A stretch of DNA of 64,000 nucleotides from the human T2T-CHM13v2.0 reference genome, Homo sapiens (GCF_009914755.1 NC_060925.1), one strand, 5' to 3'; shown: positions 35,141 to 50,357, counted from the stretch's first letter. The notes: generated by a model from the letters alone, not told the origin. Translations and numbers: made by a program.

Positions 35141-35911
35141 TAGAAGTGTTTTGGTTGTTGTTGTTGTCTTTGTTTTAATGGTGGTAGTGGTGGTGGTAGT
35201 TATTTGATTTTCACAGTAGACCTGTAAGGTACTATTTAAGAAACGGGCTTGAGAAACAGGTTCAGAGATTTTAAGCTTGTATATCATGTAATTGCGTGGA
35301 ATACAGTTGGTAATTATTAAATATTTATTTAATGAATGAAGTTACAATGATAGCATTAAAGCTCAGGACTGGCTGACATCAAAGCTTGAGCTTTTAATCC
35401 CTATTCCTCAAAATATCTCTTCTACTTTTGTCATGGCAAATGAAACCACTTTCTCCAGAATGGGAATTGCATATTGATCCTCCCTGGCTTCCTTTAATCT
35501 TTTATTTATGACACTGTATCTGTCAGAAATTCCTTAAATTTTTTTCTATAGAGCTTGTTTCCTTCTCAAGTTTTCAGTGCAATATGGGCTTTCCAAATTT
35601 TTTTATGTGTTTGTGCACACATGCATGTGCATGTGGAGGGTGTATGTGTGTGTTTTAAATAATTTCACTTGGTAATGTGGTGTTAAGTAGAAGAAGGAGA
35701 GATTATCTGCTTATTGTCAGTTTGTCCAATATTCTCTTGTAGTTATATTTTTCCTTATTTGGGATCTTTGTTAGTTACCAGAAATTGAACTAGGTTAATA
35801 TCTGTAGCCATTAATATTTTTAGGTTATGATTTTTACTTATGGCAGTAGGACCTTTCTGACTATAACTCATATTAGACCTAGCTATCCACAGTTTTGTTC
35901 ATACCTTAAAT

Positions 35912-36200
35912 TAGGGGTCAGCAATCTTTTTTGGTAAAGTTCTAGGTAGTAAATATTTTAGGCTTTGTGGGCCCTATGGTCTCTACTCAATTGTAGTATG
36001 AATGCAATCATAGATAATATGTATACAAATGAACATAGCTGTGCTCCAATAAAACTTTATGGACACAGAAACTTGAATTTTATATAATTTTTGCATGTCA
36101 TAGAATATTATTTGATTTTTTTAACCATTTAAAAACATAAAAACCTATTCCATTCTTAGCTTTCAGGTCTCGAAATAGGTGGCTATTTAGAGTTCGTCTT
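35912..36200 (+). mobile_element. MER58B-like hAT DNA transposon
   Basis: aggggtcagcaa...gtaaatattttaggctttgtgggcc...ccaataaaactttat. Confidence 0.82.
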
Positions 36201-36344
36201 GCAAACCACAGTGCATTCTCTATTCCCCCTTCATGCCCTATATGGCTATAATCCCTATTATTCTAGTGATTCCATTTTATCCCTCATACTAAGCTAGAAT
36301 TATCATTCTTAAACTTAAATCACTAACCTGATTATATCATTCCT

Positions 36345-36379
36345 ATATCAGTCAGGGCTCTACAGAAAAAAGCCAATAG

Positions 36380-36454
<75 letters not shown>

Positions 36455-36910
36455 TATATATATGTGTGTTTATATTACACACACACACACACATATATAT
36501 AAAATAAAACTTATTATGGGAATTGGCTCATGTGATTATGAAGAATGAGAAGTCCTATGAACTGCATACTACAAGCTGGAGAAACAGGAAAGCCAGTGCA
36601 GTAATTCAGCTCAAGTCCGAAGGCCAGAGAACCAGGAGCTCCGATGTCTGAGGGCAGGAGAATATGGATGTCCCAGCCCAAACAGACAGAACAAATTCGC
36701 CCTTACATCTGTCTTGTTCTGTTTGGGTTCTCAATGGATTGGATGATGCTCATTCACATTGGTGAAGGCAGATCTTCTTTACTCAGATTATCAATTCAAA
36801 TGCTAATCCCTCTGGAAACACCTTCACAGACACATCCAGAAAGTATGCTTTACCAGCTATCTGGACATCTGTTAGTCTAGTACAATTGACACATGAAATT
36901 AACCATCATA
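36345..36910 (-). mobile_element. MLT2B-like ERVL LTR containing a compound (TA)n(TG)n..(CA)n microsatellite
   Basis: ggaattggctcatgtgattatg...agctggaga...ttgacacatgaaattaaccatca. Confidence 0.85.
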
Positions 36911-39798
36911 ACTCCCCTCTTTACAATCGTTTGTTGACTCTCTAAACTTTATGGCATGACATTTCCATTCACAAAATCTGCATAGTCTACTCTTTCAGAC
37001 ATACCATTCGTTACTTCTCTCTCAGCATTCCTTAGTCAAGGCAATCCCAATTATTTGCTGATTCCGCAGATAAGTACATTCTTTTTTCCCCTGGGCCTTG
37101 AATTTCTTTATCACACTTTGCTACTTGGCATACTTATTCTTACTTATTCTTTAAAAGTCTATTTAAAATGGCACGTATTTTATGAAGTTGTCTCTGAACT
37201 TTTAGGAAGAATTAATCACTTTTTCATTCATGGTTTCATAGCACTTTGAACATTTTTTAACACAGTGTATCATTATGTTATAATCCACTTTGTTCATGGT
37301 TGTTTATACCAATTTTAATATAAACTCTTGATGTAAGAGATTGAATTAATTCACATTTGTTTTCCCCAAACCTGGTATGTATTTTGTGCTTCACAAATGA
37401 TTTTTAATGCTACAACAAAGAAATTACACATGAATGTTTACATCAGCCATACTTTACCAAAAATCTGCTTTTTAGGGAAGATTTAAAAAATACAGATTAT
37501 TTTTGGAAAGTACATAATATAATATATGGGTTTACCTTTTTGCAAAGCAAAGAATCATTTGATAAAGAAAAATTTCTCTAAAATTTCTTTGTTTTGAATT
37601 TTTTTCTTAATGGGTTTGAATTTTTAAGCTTATAGTTTCATTTGCCAAAAACTATCAAGGTTTTAAGGAAATAACAGCTTTTGTGCTGATAGCTTCGATT
37701 ACCACCTATAAGTAAGCCAACTGAGAAAAAAAAATCTAGATCTGATATTTTGAGAGGTTTGTGTTTGTTTGTTTGTTTTTGTAATAAACACATCAGCAAA
37801 TAAATATTCCCAGAGCAAATGTCCTAGGGATGCTAATGGTGAAAATGCTTCAGGCAGCTATTGATCCAAACTCTGGGCCTTCATTCTCTGCCTCCTCATC
37901 CTCCTAATTCATACATCTCTTCTCCTTCTTTACGGAGAGGCTAGATACATTTATTTATAGATATAAGTGTAGTTCATGGGAAGAAAGCCACCGCACTTGT
38001 ATTTGATAGAAAGCTTCCTGGAGATTCTTCAGACTTGTGTGCCTTGTGATTATTTGCCTGGGAAAGCAACCCAAGTTCGCCAAAGTAAAGAGTCAGCACA
38101 TGAATCCCTTTGTACTTTTTTGGCCATTCCTTGTCCTGAGTGATACACAGAATCTGTGCAATCATTATTTATAGCAAGATACAAGAAAAAATACTATAGG
38201 GAGCTAAAGGTTTCAGTCCACAAAGTGTTTTTGAAATTAATGTTGATGTCACTGATGACAACCACTCAGAATTGTTCATATTCTTTTCTTAGTAGTGTCA
38301 CCGTGATTTATGACATGAACAGAATATGTTTTTTTCATATCGTCTCTCTTACCTGAATGTCAGGCTCTGTTGCTATTTCTACTTCTCTGTAGTGGTGATA
38401 ATTGAATGAGGAGAAGCAAAAAAGCTTCAGCTGTCTTAATTTCTGATTAGGAACATAAATTAACTAGAACTAGGGCTGCTTCCAGAACTCCAAATCAGTT
38501 TTTTAAAGAACACCTTTATCTGTCTTTAAATGAAATATAATAATTTCTGAAGGCAATTATAGGCTTTGAATAAAGTAAGTTTATATATGCCAGTAAGCTA
38601 ATCAAATAATTGCTTTATCTTATGTGACTTCTAGAATTTATAATATTTGTGTTTCTCCTATAATTCTAGAAGTATACATCAATTCAATGTTTGCAAACCT
38701 CAGTAACACATATATGCACATTTTTAATGAAGTCAGTGATTTTGTGATGGATCTTATCTTCAACAGGGTCTAATTTTTTTCATGTGCCACCATGTACAGT
38801 GACTTCACTCACTGGATTTTGTTGTTGTTAAATTTAAAAGCATGGTAAGGACACTCAAGCCTGTCATGGATTCTTAATTAAACTTTTTGGCTGAGGTCTC
38901 TCATGGTCATTTCCTCCTTTTGGTTGCCTGCATCCGTTTCTCTTTCATTTGATAGCAGTGTGCTAAATTCCTTTTGGGGAGTTATACTTTTCCATTGAGT
39001 GTAGTTTTAAAACACTGTACTGCAAATCAAGGTGCACTGCCCTACCCTAGTTAGGCTACTCTGACTCTCTCTTCCCACACTTTGATGGAAAAATAGGAAA
39101 AAATTAAAATTCACTCATTTGAATGGTATTTTCCTTATGAAATTATGTGTGATGCTTATTGTCTTGACTCCACACCACCATAGTTCCATTCTATTCATAT
39201 CTATTCTCTTGAATTCTCATCTGTTCTATGCTGCACTGGGTATCCTGCCAATAAATTCTTTATTTTCTTAAGGTAATTTGTTACTTGCAGTCCAAGAACT
39301 CTAAATTATTTGATGTGAATCTAGCCATGGAAAATATTTATCAAGTCAGCACCTTTCAACTGTTCACATCCTAGTTGGAAATGAGCATTAGTAATTATAA
39401 GAAGGAGCCCACAGTTGAATGCATCTTGATTACTGGCACATAATGCCTGTTTTGGAGAAAAAAGGACGCTTCTGCCTGTCAATCAATTGCTCAAATGTGC
39501 AAAGAAAAGTGACAGACCTATACTTAACACATACTCCATTTTCAAAACAAAACCATTACCAACACCTGAAGTGTTGGATCTAGGGGTAATAAAGCAAATT
39601 TAATGAGTGATTCAGTCTAATACTTCATGAGTATCTAGCACTGATGTGGATTAAGTACTAAAAACATAGATTATGAAACAAACTCCCTTTCTTAACTTTC
39701 TATAGGATAGGAGGAGAGTAGAAAGGTGTCACAACTTTTCCTATCTACTGGGCCATTCCCAACAGCATTCAAATTCAAATGTTCTATAATAATATAGA

Positions 39799-39839
<41 letters not shown>

Positions 39840-39899
39840 TACAATATGAATTATATATGTATGTATATACACATATCCCTTGCATTTTCAATCTGCACT

Positions 39900-40400
39900 T
39901 ATTTCTCCTTTCATTTTCTCTTGAACACATTGAAATTTCTCTTGTCAAGGTCATCAATGACCTCCATGTCACCAAACTAACAACCAGCCCTCAGTCATCA
40001 TCTTCTTTGACTTAGTAGTAGATGACTCGTTAATCACTCTGTTCTTAGAGAAATACTTATTTTGCCTTCTAGGAAACCATCTTTTCTGGATTCTCCTTCT
40101 ACTCACTGGCTGCTTTTTCTTGGTCTTGTTCTTTTAGATTTACTGAGGTAGGTGAGCCACAGGGAGTAGTCCTTGTTGCTTCCTTTATTATTATTATTTT
40201 TTATAAATAACTCCTCTTACCCACTAAGTGTTATTATCTCTCCAAATGGCTTAATGTGCCTCATTATGTCAATTTATATATGTAACTCAGAGTTCTCTCA
40301 TGAGTTCCAGATTCAAATATACAACTCTTTATTTGATATATGTACTTATATGTTTAAGACACTTCTTAAAATTTAATATGTGTAAATCTGTATTCCTTCT
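39900..40400 (+). mobile_element. L2 fragment
   Basis: tcttgtcaaggtcatcaatgacctccatgtcaccaa; ttctccttctactcactggctgc. Confidence 0.75.
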
Positions 40401-40571
40401 TTTTTTAAATGCCCACTGAGCAGAAGGGCTCCAAGTGGAGTAAAGCTACGTGGCATGAAATTCTAAATCTTTTGAGGAAATGTTTTACATAATTTTTTAC
40501 TTTCTCTGAACAGCAGAAAATTGATTTTTCTCCTTTATTCTACTTCTCTCTAGCTCACAGAATATAGTATA

Positions 40572-40681
40572 AGCATGGCACATGTATACATATGTAACTA
40601 ACCTGCACAATGTGCACATGTACCCTAAAACTTAAAGTATAATAAAAAAAAAGAAAATTTCAGAAAAAAAAACAAAAAAAA
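40572..40681 (+). mobile_element. Very short young L1 3' end (L1PA2/L1HS-like) with bipartite A tail
   Basis: gtaactaacctgcacaatgtgcacatgtaccctaaaacttaaagtataataaa + A-run + gaaaatttcag + A-run. Confidence 0.9.
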
Positions 40682-40729
40682 CTTGGAGGGTGTCTTAGAA
40701 GTCTTTAGGGAAAAAGATATATTTAGTCC

Positions 40730-40768
40730 TATATTAGAATTCTACAAAGAAACAGAACCTATAGGATT

Positions 40769-40812
<44 letters not shown>

Positions 40813-41289
40813 TTATTAGGGAAATTGGCTCACGTTCACTCCCATGATATGCCATCTGCAAACTGGAGAACCAGAAAAGCCAAAGTGGTGTAATTCAGTC
40901 TGAGTCCAAAGATCTGAGAACCAGGGGAGCTAATGATGTAACTCTCGGTCCAAGTCCATAGGCCTGAAAACTGGGGGGTGCCGCCGGAGTAAGTCCCAGA
41001 GTCCAAAGGCCTAAGAACTAATGTCTGAGGGAAGGAGAAGAGAAATGTCCCAGATCAAGAAGAGAGAGGAAAATTGCCCTTCTTCCACCTTTTTGTTCTG
41101 TTTGGGTTCCCAAAGGATTGGATGATGCCCGCCCGCTTTGGAGAGGGCAGATCTTCTTTACTCAGCCTACTGATTCAAATGGTAATCTCTTTTGGAAACA
41201 CCCCCATTACACACCCAGAAATAATGTTTTACAAGCTATCTGGGCATCTCTTAGCCAGGTCAAGTTGACACATACAATTAACCATCACA
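40730..41289 (-). mobile_element. MLT2B-like ERVL LTR with (TG)n
   Basis: gaaacagaacc.atagga(tg)n...ggaaattggctcac...caagttgacacatacaattaaccatcaca. Confidence 0.85.
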
Positions 41290-42857
41290 AGTCTCTCACT
41301 CAATTGGTCCTCATCTACTTGAATAGCTACTTGTGGAGGTGAACTTTATTAAATAGCTATTTGTTATATAGTTTTCTTAGGCTACACAAAAGTCTATTTT
41401 CTTGCAATCTCCACCTTGGTTCCAATTTAGCCTAGATCAAGCCTAATCAGTTCTTTCTTTTATATTTACAGACTTCAGTATCCCACTGTCTGAATTCAAC
41501 CCCAGTCTCATTTCATCTGTTTCTCTACCACATAAATACCGCTAATCCAATGAAACCTCATTTTTTCCATGTCTGTTCATAACTGTCCTCATTAGTTGCC
41601 TTAGTTCCCATTGTCTCTAAGCATTGCTTATAAGCCCTCCACCTATTACTTATCCTTCCACTCTGAAAGCTCTCACTCTTGAAGTAGTCCTGTAGCCTCC
41701 CAGCTCTGCTGCTGTACTAGCACTCATTTTTGCTGCTGGAAGGGTCATGCCACTGTGCTTTTTAGCATCATTACAAATGAATTTAGCTGGATCAATTCAG
41801 CTGGACCCTTTGCTCTGTTATCAAAGCTGGTAGGTGACTCTTGCTGCCTTTCCATTTCTCTGATTCTTCTTCTCTCTATTTAAATACTTGATATTATCTT
41901 TTATTCTAAATAGTTAGAAAGAATAAATAAGAACTAGTATTTGATAACACAATAGGGTGACTATAGTTGCTAACAATTTAATTGTACATTTTAAAATAAC
42001 TAAAATAGTATAATTGGATTTTTTGTAACACAAATGGATCCCATTTTTCTCACCTACTCCTCAGGAAGCTTGCTCCATCAAATATTTTTATCTTTTTCAT
42101 ACCTTCAGTTTTTCTGGTTCCTTCCTTTTTTTTGCGTGTATTTCATGTTAAAAAAATACTTGGCCATAAATCCCTCTTAAACGTTGCCTCCCCATCCCAT
42201 GTTTTCTGCACAACCCATCTTTTGGAAAGTGTACTTTGCACTTACTGTCTCTACTTGCTAATGTTCAATTCACTCATAAAAATAACTGACATTTGGATTT
42301 TGTCCCAATGTTCCATTGATATTTCTGTCACCAAGGTCACTAAAAATCCCCTTCCTGACAAATCAAATTGGTCCTTATCAGACTTCACTTTCCTGCAGCA
42401 TTACCACTGTTCATCACTCTCTTTCCTGACCCTCTTTCGTCTCTTCCATGACACCACAATGTCCTGGTTATTTCTCTTAAATCTCTGGCTTCTTATCCTC
42501 CAATTATTAAGTATTAGTGTGGCTGCTGACCCTCTCCTTTTCTTACTCTACATTCTCTTCTCTTCCAGAGTGACTTATTGGCTGTGCTAACTGAGATAAA
42601 TCACTGGATCTTTGTATTTTTATCATCTATAAAATGGAAAAAATAGAACCTGCTTCATAGTGTTATGGTAGATATTAAATAAATAATGCATAGAAACGTT
42701 TTAGAGAGCATCTGGTTTATAAGAATGACTCAATATGTGTTAAATATTGTAAGGTTATTCAGATACTGAAAAATGCAATATTGAAAAGGTATCAATTATC
42801 CCGTCATTAACTTTTACAATAAATGTAATCCCCATTATACTTCAAATAGTAGTTTTT

Positions 42858-43544
42858 CAAGAAACAACAGATGCTGGCGAGGTTGTGGAGAAATAGGAAT
42901 GCTTTTACACTGTTGGTGGGAATGCAAGTTAGTTCAACCATTGTGGAAGACAGTGTGATGATTCCTCAAGGATCTAGAACCAGAAATACCATTTGACCCA
43001 GCAATCCCATTACTGGGTATATACCCAATGGAATATAAATCATTCTGTTTTAAAGATACATGCATACGTATGTTTATTGCAGTGCTATTCACAATAGCAA
43101 AGGCATGGAATCAATCCAAATGCCCATCAATGATAGACTGGATAAAGAAAATGTGGCACATATACACCATGGGATACTATGCAGGCATAAAAAGGAATGA
43201 GATCATGTCCTTTGCAGGGACATGGATAAAGCTTTAAGCAATCATCCTCAGCAAACTAACACAGGAACAGAAAACCAAACACTGCATGTTCTCACTCACA
43301 AGTGGGAGTTGAACAATGAGAACACATGGACACATGGAGGGAAACAACATACACCAGTCCTGTCAGTGGGGTGGGGGCAAGGGGAGGGAGAACATCAGGA
43401 CAAATAGCTAATACATGTGGGGCTTGAAACCTAGGTGATGGGTTGATTGGTGCAGCAAACCACCATGACATACGTGTACCTGTGTAACAAACCTGCACTT
43501 TGTGCACTTGTATACCTGAACTTAAAGTTAAAAAAAGAAAGAAG
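42858..43544 (+). mobile_element. L1PA8-like 3' fragment flanked by an ~80-bp direct repeat
   Basis: caacagatgctggcgagg...aggacaaatagctaatacatgtggggcttgaaacctagg...cttaaagttaaaaaaa. Confidence 0.93.
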
Positions 43545-43648
43545 TATTGAAAAGATATAAATTATCCCCTCATTAACTTATATAATAAATGCAATCCCCA
43601 TTATACTTGGAATAGTTGTTGTTGAAAGGAAATAGACCAACTGCTTAG

Positions 43649-44055
<407 letters not shown>

Positions 44056-44496
44056 ACAAACAACTAAGTTTATTGGCAAAAGAATCACAAAGGTTTAATT
44101 AAACAAAATTTTTTTTTATATACGGGTTTCATACATGATTTTGTAGTTTGGACATTGGCTATCCATCTGGAAATAAAGTTAAATCTATAATTTAGAAATA
44201 AAATTAAAACTGTAAGTTAGATCATTCATAAAAATGTATTCCATGTGGGTTAAAGTCACAAAATTTTAAGAAATTTTAATATATGTATTTTAATTTTTTA
44301 AAATAAAATTTGGAATAAAACCCAATGGGAACCCCTGTGTTAGTAAGCCTGATAAGAAAAAAAAGCATTCTTCAATAACACAAAAATCAAAAGTCATAAA
44401 AACTTTTCAAAATCAAATAGATAAAGAAAAACTATAAACTTTAAGAGAAAATGAACCTATTGAGAAGGAACATTTTCAACATTTATAGCAGACTAA

Positions 44497-44835
<339 letters not shown>

Positions 44836-46369
44836 TCTAAATAAAAATTTTTAAAGAGTTAATTGAAAAGTGAATATGATATGAGTTGGCAAATCATTGA
44901 GGAGTAAATGCAAATGCTAAAAGAGGCTCAATTTTTCTAAATATGAAAAATACACAAATTTAAAATTTCAAGTTTTTTGTAATTAATTTTTAAAAATCTA
45001 TACAAACACAGAATAAATGATATGATATACCTTTACATACCCAATAGCCAGCTTCAAAATTTATCCTCAAAATTTCTGTATTTGCCTAAGGTAAATTTTA
45101 GCATTTACCCTAGAGAAACTCTTGTGCATTTGAACAAACGGGTGTGTAAAATGATTTTTATTAATCATTGTTTGCATAAAGTAAATTGGAAACATTGATT
45201 CCCAGAAAAATGAAATCATTAAACTATAGTACATGCATACTATGAAATGCCGCGTGGCATTAAAAAGTATGTGAGTTAAATGCCAAAATCTTCAAGACAC
45301 GCTGTTGAGTGAGAAAAGCAAGTTGCAGAATAATACATAGAGTATCATACTGTTATTTAAAAAAAGAAGCAAAATAATATTTATGTCTCTATTCATCTAT
45401 CCATCATCTATCAATCATTTATGTATTTATCAAACTGTAGCATAGAGTGGTATAAAACGATATTCATTAACAAATAACAATGATTACTTCTGGAGAGGAG
45501 TGTGGGATTGTTGTTCATCAAAGATTCTTTATATTTATCCTAATATTTGGGATTTTTCACAATAATACATTTATAATTATGTAATTAACAATAAATACCA
45601 TTATAACAATAATTAAGAGCATTGGAATAAGCAAGTTGGGTGTGAATCTGAACAGCAGCACTTATTATACAGGTAACTTGGGTCTCTCAATCTCTTTTTT
45701 GCCATTGTCAAATAGGGTTAATTTAATCTACTTTGTGGAGATGCTGTATTAACTGAGATAATGTGCATAAAATAATCTATAATATAGAGTTGGTATTGAG
45801 CTGAAGATAAATCTTTGTACTCTTATTAAATCAATTTTGAATATCAGGGAACTGGGAGAAAAAGTACTTTTTTCCTCAGAAGACTGCATCTGCTCACCAG
45901 AGTTTAATTCAACAAGGGTGATGACCCTGTCTTAAACTTGCAAATTACTGATGATGACTCTAGTATCTGATGTATTGCAGGTGTACATATAATATACCTT
46001 TTGTATAGTACGTGTAAAACAAACAAATGCTTGTACATTAATATGACATCAATAGTGTCCACCAGTAAGAACAGCTGTCCTACTTTCTGAAATTGTATCT
46101 CCAGAACCTACTATGTTCTGGATCTTCACTTGGTTTTGAATAGACAGCTCAAATTGAATATATTTTAAAACTGTACCTTCTATTTTTGTCTATAAATCTT
46201 CCTTTTCTTCTATTTTCTTTGTTTTATGGCACCTAATTTATTCTTGAAAAGTCTTTCATCATTTTGATTATTGTTCTACTGTAAACATTTTAGACTTTAA
46301 CGACAAATGCTGCTGACTTTGTAAGATTTTATTTTGCTTCTTTTACTGCACTGTATGTATTTATTTTTC

Positions 46370-47405
46370 TTTTTTAAAAAATTTAACTTTTAGATACCGG
46401 GGGTAGATGTGCAGATATGTTACATGGGTATATTGTGTGACACTGAGGTTTGAGGTATGAATGATCTCATTGCCCAGGTAGTGAGCATAGCACCCAATAG
46501 GTAGTTTTCAGCCCTTCACCCCCTTCTTCTTAACAATAGTCCTCAGTGTCTATTGTTCCCATCTTTATGTCTATGTGTACCCAATATTTAGCTCCCACTT
46601 ATAAGTAAGAACATGCAGTATTTGATTTTTCTCTTCCTGCATCATTTTGCTTAGGATAATGGCCTGCAGCTGCATCTATGTTCTTGCAAAGGACGCGATT
46701 TTGTTGTGTTTATGGCTACAAAGTATTCCATCTTGTATAAGTATCACATTTACTTTATCCAATCCATCGTTGATGGGACCCTAGGTTGATTCCACGTCTT
46801 TGCTATTATGAATAGCGCTGTAATGAACATATGATTGCATGTGTATTTCTTGTAGAATGATTTATTTTCCTTTGGGTATATACCCAGAAATGGGATTGCT
46901 AGATCAAATGGTATTTCTGTTTTAAGTTCTTTGAGAAATCTTCAAACTGCTTTTCACAGTGGCTGAACTAATTTACATTCCCATCAACAGTGTGTAAGTG
47001 TTCCCTTTATCTGTAGCCTCACCAGCATCTGTTGTTTTTTGACTTAAAAAAAAATATTCTTTCTGACTGGTGTGAGATGGCATCTCATTGTAGTTTTGAT
47101 TTGCATTTCTCTGATGATCAGTGATGTTGAGCATTTTGTTACATGTTTGTTGGCTGCTTGTATGTCTTCTTTTGAGAAGTGTCTGTTCATGTCTTTTGCC
47201 CACTTTTTAATGGAGTTGTTTTCTGCTTGTTGAACTGATTAAGTTCCTTATAGATTCTGGATGTAGGACCTTTGTTGGATGCATAGTTTGCAAAAATTTT
47301 CTCCCATTCTGTATATTGTTCACTCTGATGATAGTTTCTTTTGCTGTGCAGAAGCTCTTTGGTTTAATTAGGTCCCAATTGTCAATTTTTGTTTTTGTTG
47401 CAATT
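46370..47405 (-). mobile_element. L1PA15/16-like 3' fragment
   Basis: ggtagtgagcatagcacccaataggtag; antisense ORF2 C-terminus. Confidence 0.88.
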
Positions 47406-47821
47406 TTGTTGCACTTTAAATGTAATATTTCCTAGGGATTCAGTGAGCTTTTCTAAATTGGAGAAATCATATTTTTTCATATCTGAAAACTGTAGTCCAT
47501 TAGTTCTTGATACTTACCTTCTCCCACTTTTTTCCTTGCTTCTGAGATAGAACTTTCTATTTTCCGTGTCTCTTTATTGTTCATTCTTTTTCACCAACTC
47601 CTTATCTCACATTGATCTATTCTAAAAAAAACTTCAGATCTATCTTCTGTTTAGTATATTGTAGTGTCATCTACTATTTATTAGTTAAATTTTTGAAAAA
47701 ATTTTAATGACTTTTTTTATTTTTAGAATTTATGTTCAGTTTATTTTCGAATAGGCCTAATCATTTTTATCATGTCTTGTTCTTGTTTTATAAAATAAAT
47801 ACATTCTTTTATCTCTTAAAA

Positions 47822-48430
47822 TTTTTTATTTGTATGTATTTAAAAGGCACAAGTGCAATTTGTTACATGGACATATTGCAGAGTAGTGAAGTTTAGGCTT
47901 TTAGTGTATCCATCACCAATGTACATTATACCCATTAAGTAACTTGTCATCATCTATCCCTCCTCCAACTCCCTCAACCTTCCAAGTCTCCATCATCTAT
48001 CATTTCACACTCTGCATCTATGTGTACACATTATTTAGCTCCCATTTATAAGTGAGAACATGCGGTATTTGTTTTTCTGTGTCTGAGTTGTTTCCCTTCA
48101 GATAATAGCCTCCAGTTCCATCCATGTTGCTGTAAAGACATGATTTCATTTTTTATGGCTGAATTGAATTCCATTGTGTTATATATACCGTATTTTCTTT
48201 ATCCAATCATCCATTGATGGACATTTAGGTTAGTTCTATATCTTTGCTGTTGTGAATAGTACTGCATTAAACATATAAAGTACAGGTATCTTTTTCATAC
48301 AATGATTCCTTTTCTTTTGGGTAGCTACACAGTAATGGGATTACTGGATCAAATGATAGTTCTATTTTAAGTTCTTTGAGTAATTTCCTTATTGTTTTCC
48401 GTAAAGGTTGTACCAATTTACCCATACACA
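47822..48430 (-). mobile_element. L1PB4/L1MA-like 3' fragment
   Basis: gtgaagtttaggcttttagtgtatccatcacc...tttagctcccatttataagtgagaacatgcgg. Confidence 0.8.
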
Positions 48431-48453
48431 GTGAATAAGAACAGTGCATTCTT

Positions 48454-48765
<312 letters not shown>

Positions 48766-49094
48766 AGAACAGTGCATTCTTTGTTTAACATATTTTCTCA
48801 ACCAGTTATTTTCTTTGATTCTTTTTTTCTGTTTCTTAACAAAGTGTTATTTTATAATCTCTTAAGTTAGCTCCATTATCATGAATCTTTTGAGTGTGAA
48901 TTTTCCCACTCATTGTGTCCAATGTCTGTCATGGCAGTGGGTTTCTAGTTTGATTTATAGTTTTAAGCTGTGAGCTCATCTTCGGTAGAGGTTGGCTTCC
49001 ATGGGAACCATTTGTGAACTGTGAATTGTAGCATTTCCACATGAGAGTTTAGTTTCATCTCAGTTCTCATTGATTTCCCTGTTTCTGAACTACT

Positions 49095-49300
49095 CTTTTC
49101 TTTATTTCCTTCTTTCTTCCCTTCCTTCCTCTCTCCTGCTTCTTTCTTTCCTTTCTTTCTTCCTTCCTTTTGTCCTTTCTTCCTTCCTTTTGTCCTTTCT
49201 TCCTTCCTTTTGTCCTCCCTTCCTTCATTTTTCCTTCCTTCTTTTCTTATCTTTCATTTGTTCCTTCCCTCCCTCCCTCCTCCTCTTTCTCTCTCTGTCT
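49095..49300 (+). repeat. CT-rich low-complexity / (TTCC)n-like tract
   Basis: Polypyrimidine run with repeated tccttccttttgtcct units. Confidence 0.9.
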
Positions 49301-50011
49301 TTCCATTCCAAAAGTCAAGAATTGTCTACCTCAATTGGTTATTTTACTTTATTGCTGTTGAGCTCACTTACATATTTCTATAAAAGTTACACTTTGCTCA
49401 AATATAGACATATATTTAAATGTGTTTGACTTGGGAAGGATGGTTTTTGCTGTTTCTTGTATAGGTGCCCTTGTCTATATTCTTCATTTTTATGAATGAC
49501 AATAATAGCCCAAATGCCGAAGCTCAAAACCTGATAAAATTCGTTTTCATGTTGCCTTAATCTCTATATGTCTTTAGATGTATCTAGTTTATTGCTGTTT
49601 TGTTTCATTTTATCATCCCCACTGTCTCTGCTTTAGTTCAGTCCCTTATCATCTCTCTTGTGGACAACGGCAATATCCTTCTCACTGGTTTCTGTGCTTT
49701 CCATCTGCCCTTTTCCAAACATTGCTACATTGCTGCTAGATTTATCTTTCTAAGCACAACTCTGAGTATGTGAATTCACTACTTAAAACCTATTAATGGT
49801 GTCTTTTCCTCATACTGAAAATCAAACTTCCTTGATTTTGTGGATTTGCTGAGTCTTATTTCCTGACATCTCTTCACACCTATGTTTCTGCAATATCAGA
49901 ATATTTCTAGTTTCTTGATTTGCCCAACTGCTTTAGGCCTCTATTCCTATATACATATCCTTTTTCTGTAAAACTCTTAAACTTCACTCTTGCCCTATTT
50001 ATTTGTTATAC

Positions 50012-50357
50012 CTTTAGTTTTTTCATACTGCTATAACAAAATTTAGACTGGGTAATTTATAACAAGAGAAATTGACTTCTTATAATTTTGGAGACTGGGA
50101 AGAGGAACATCAAGGTACCAGCAAATTTGGTAGCTGCCAAGGGCCTGTTCCTCATAGAAGGTTCCTTCTATGTGTCCTCATGTGGTGCAAGGGGCAAATA
50201 AACTCCCTCAGGCCTCTTTTATAAGGGCAGTAATCCCATTCATGAGGGTTAGGTCTAACCACCTTTCAAAACTCCCCACCTCTTAATACTATCACATTGG
50301 GGATTAGGTTTCAACATGTGAATTTGGGAAGGGGGGAAAACATTCAGACCGCAGCAT
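50012..50357 (-). mobile_element. MaLR LTR (MSTD/MLT1A-like)
   Basis: ctgctataacaaa...agactgggtaattt...cattcagaccgcagca. Confidence 0.8.

Noticed and set aside
30500-36200. Oppositely oriented MER58 copies as a composite transposon
   Set aside because: Highly diverged from each other, no shared TSD seen and no transposase between them
36345-41289. Two same-orientation MLT2B LTRs as the ends of one provirus
   Set aside because: The intervening 3.8 kb is L2, unique DNA and an L1 fragment, not ERVL internal sequence, and the two LTRs differ in structure
49070-49429. 119-aa Leu/Ser/Phe-rich 'membrane protein' ORF
   Set aside because: Artefact of the CT-rich low-complexity tract
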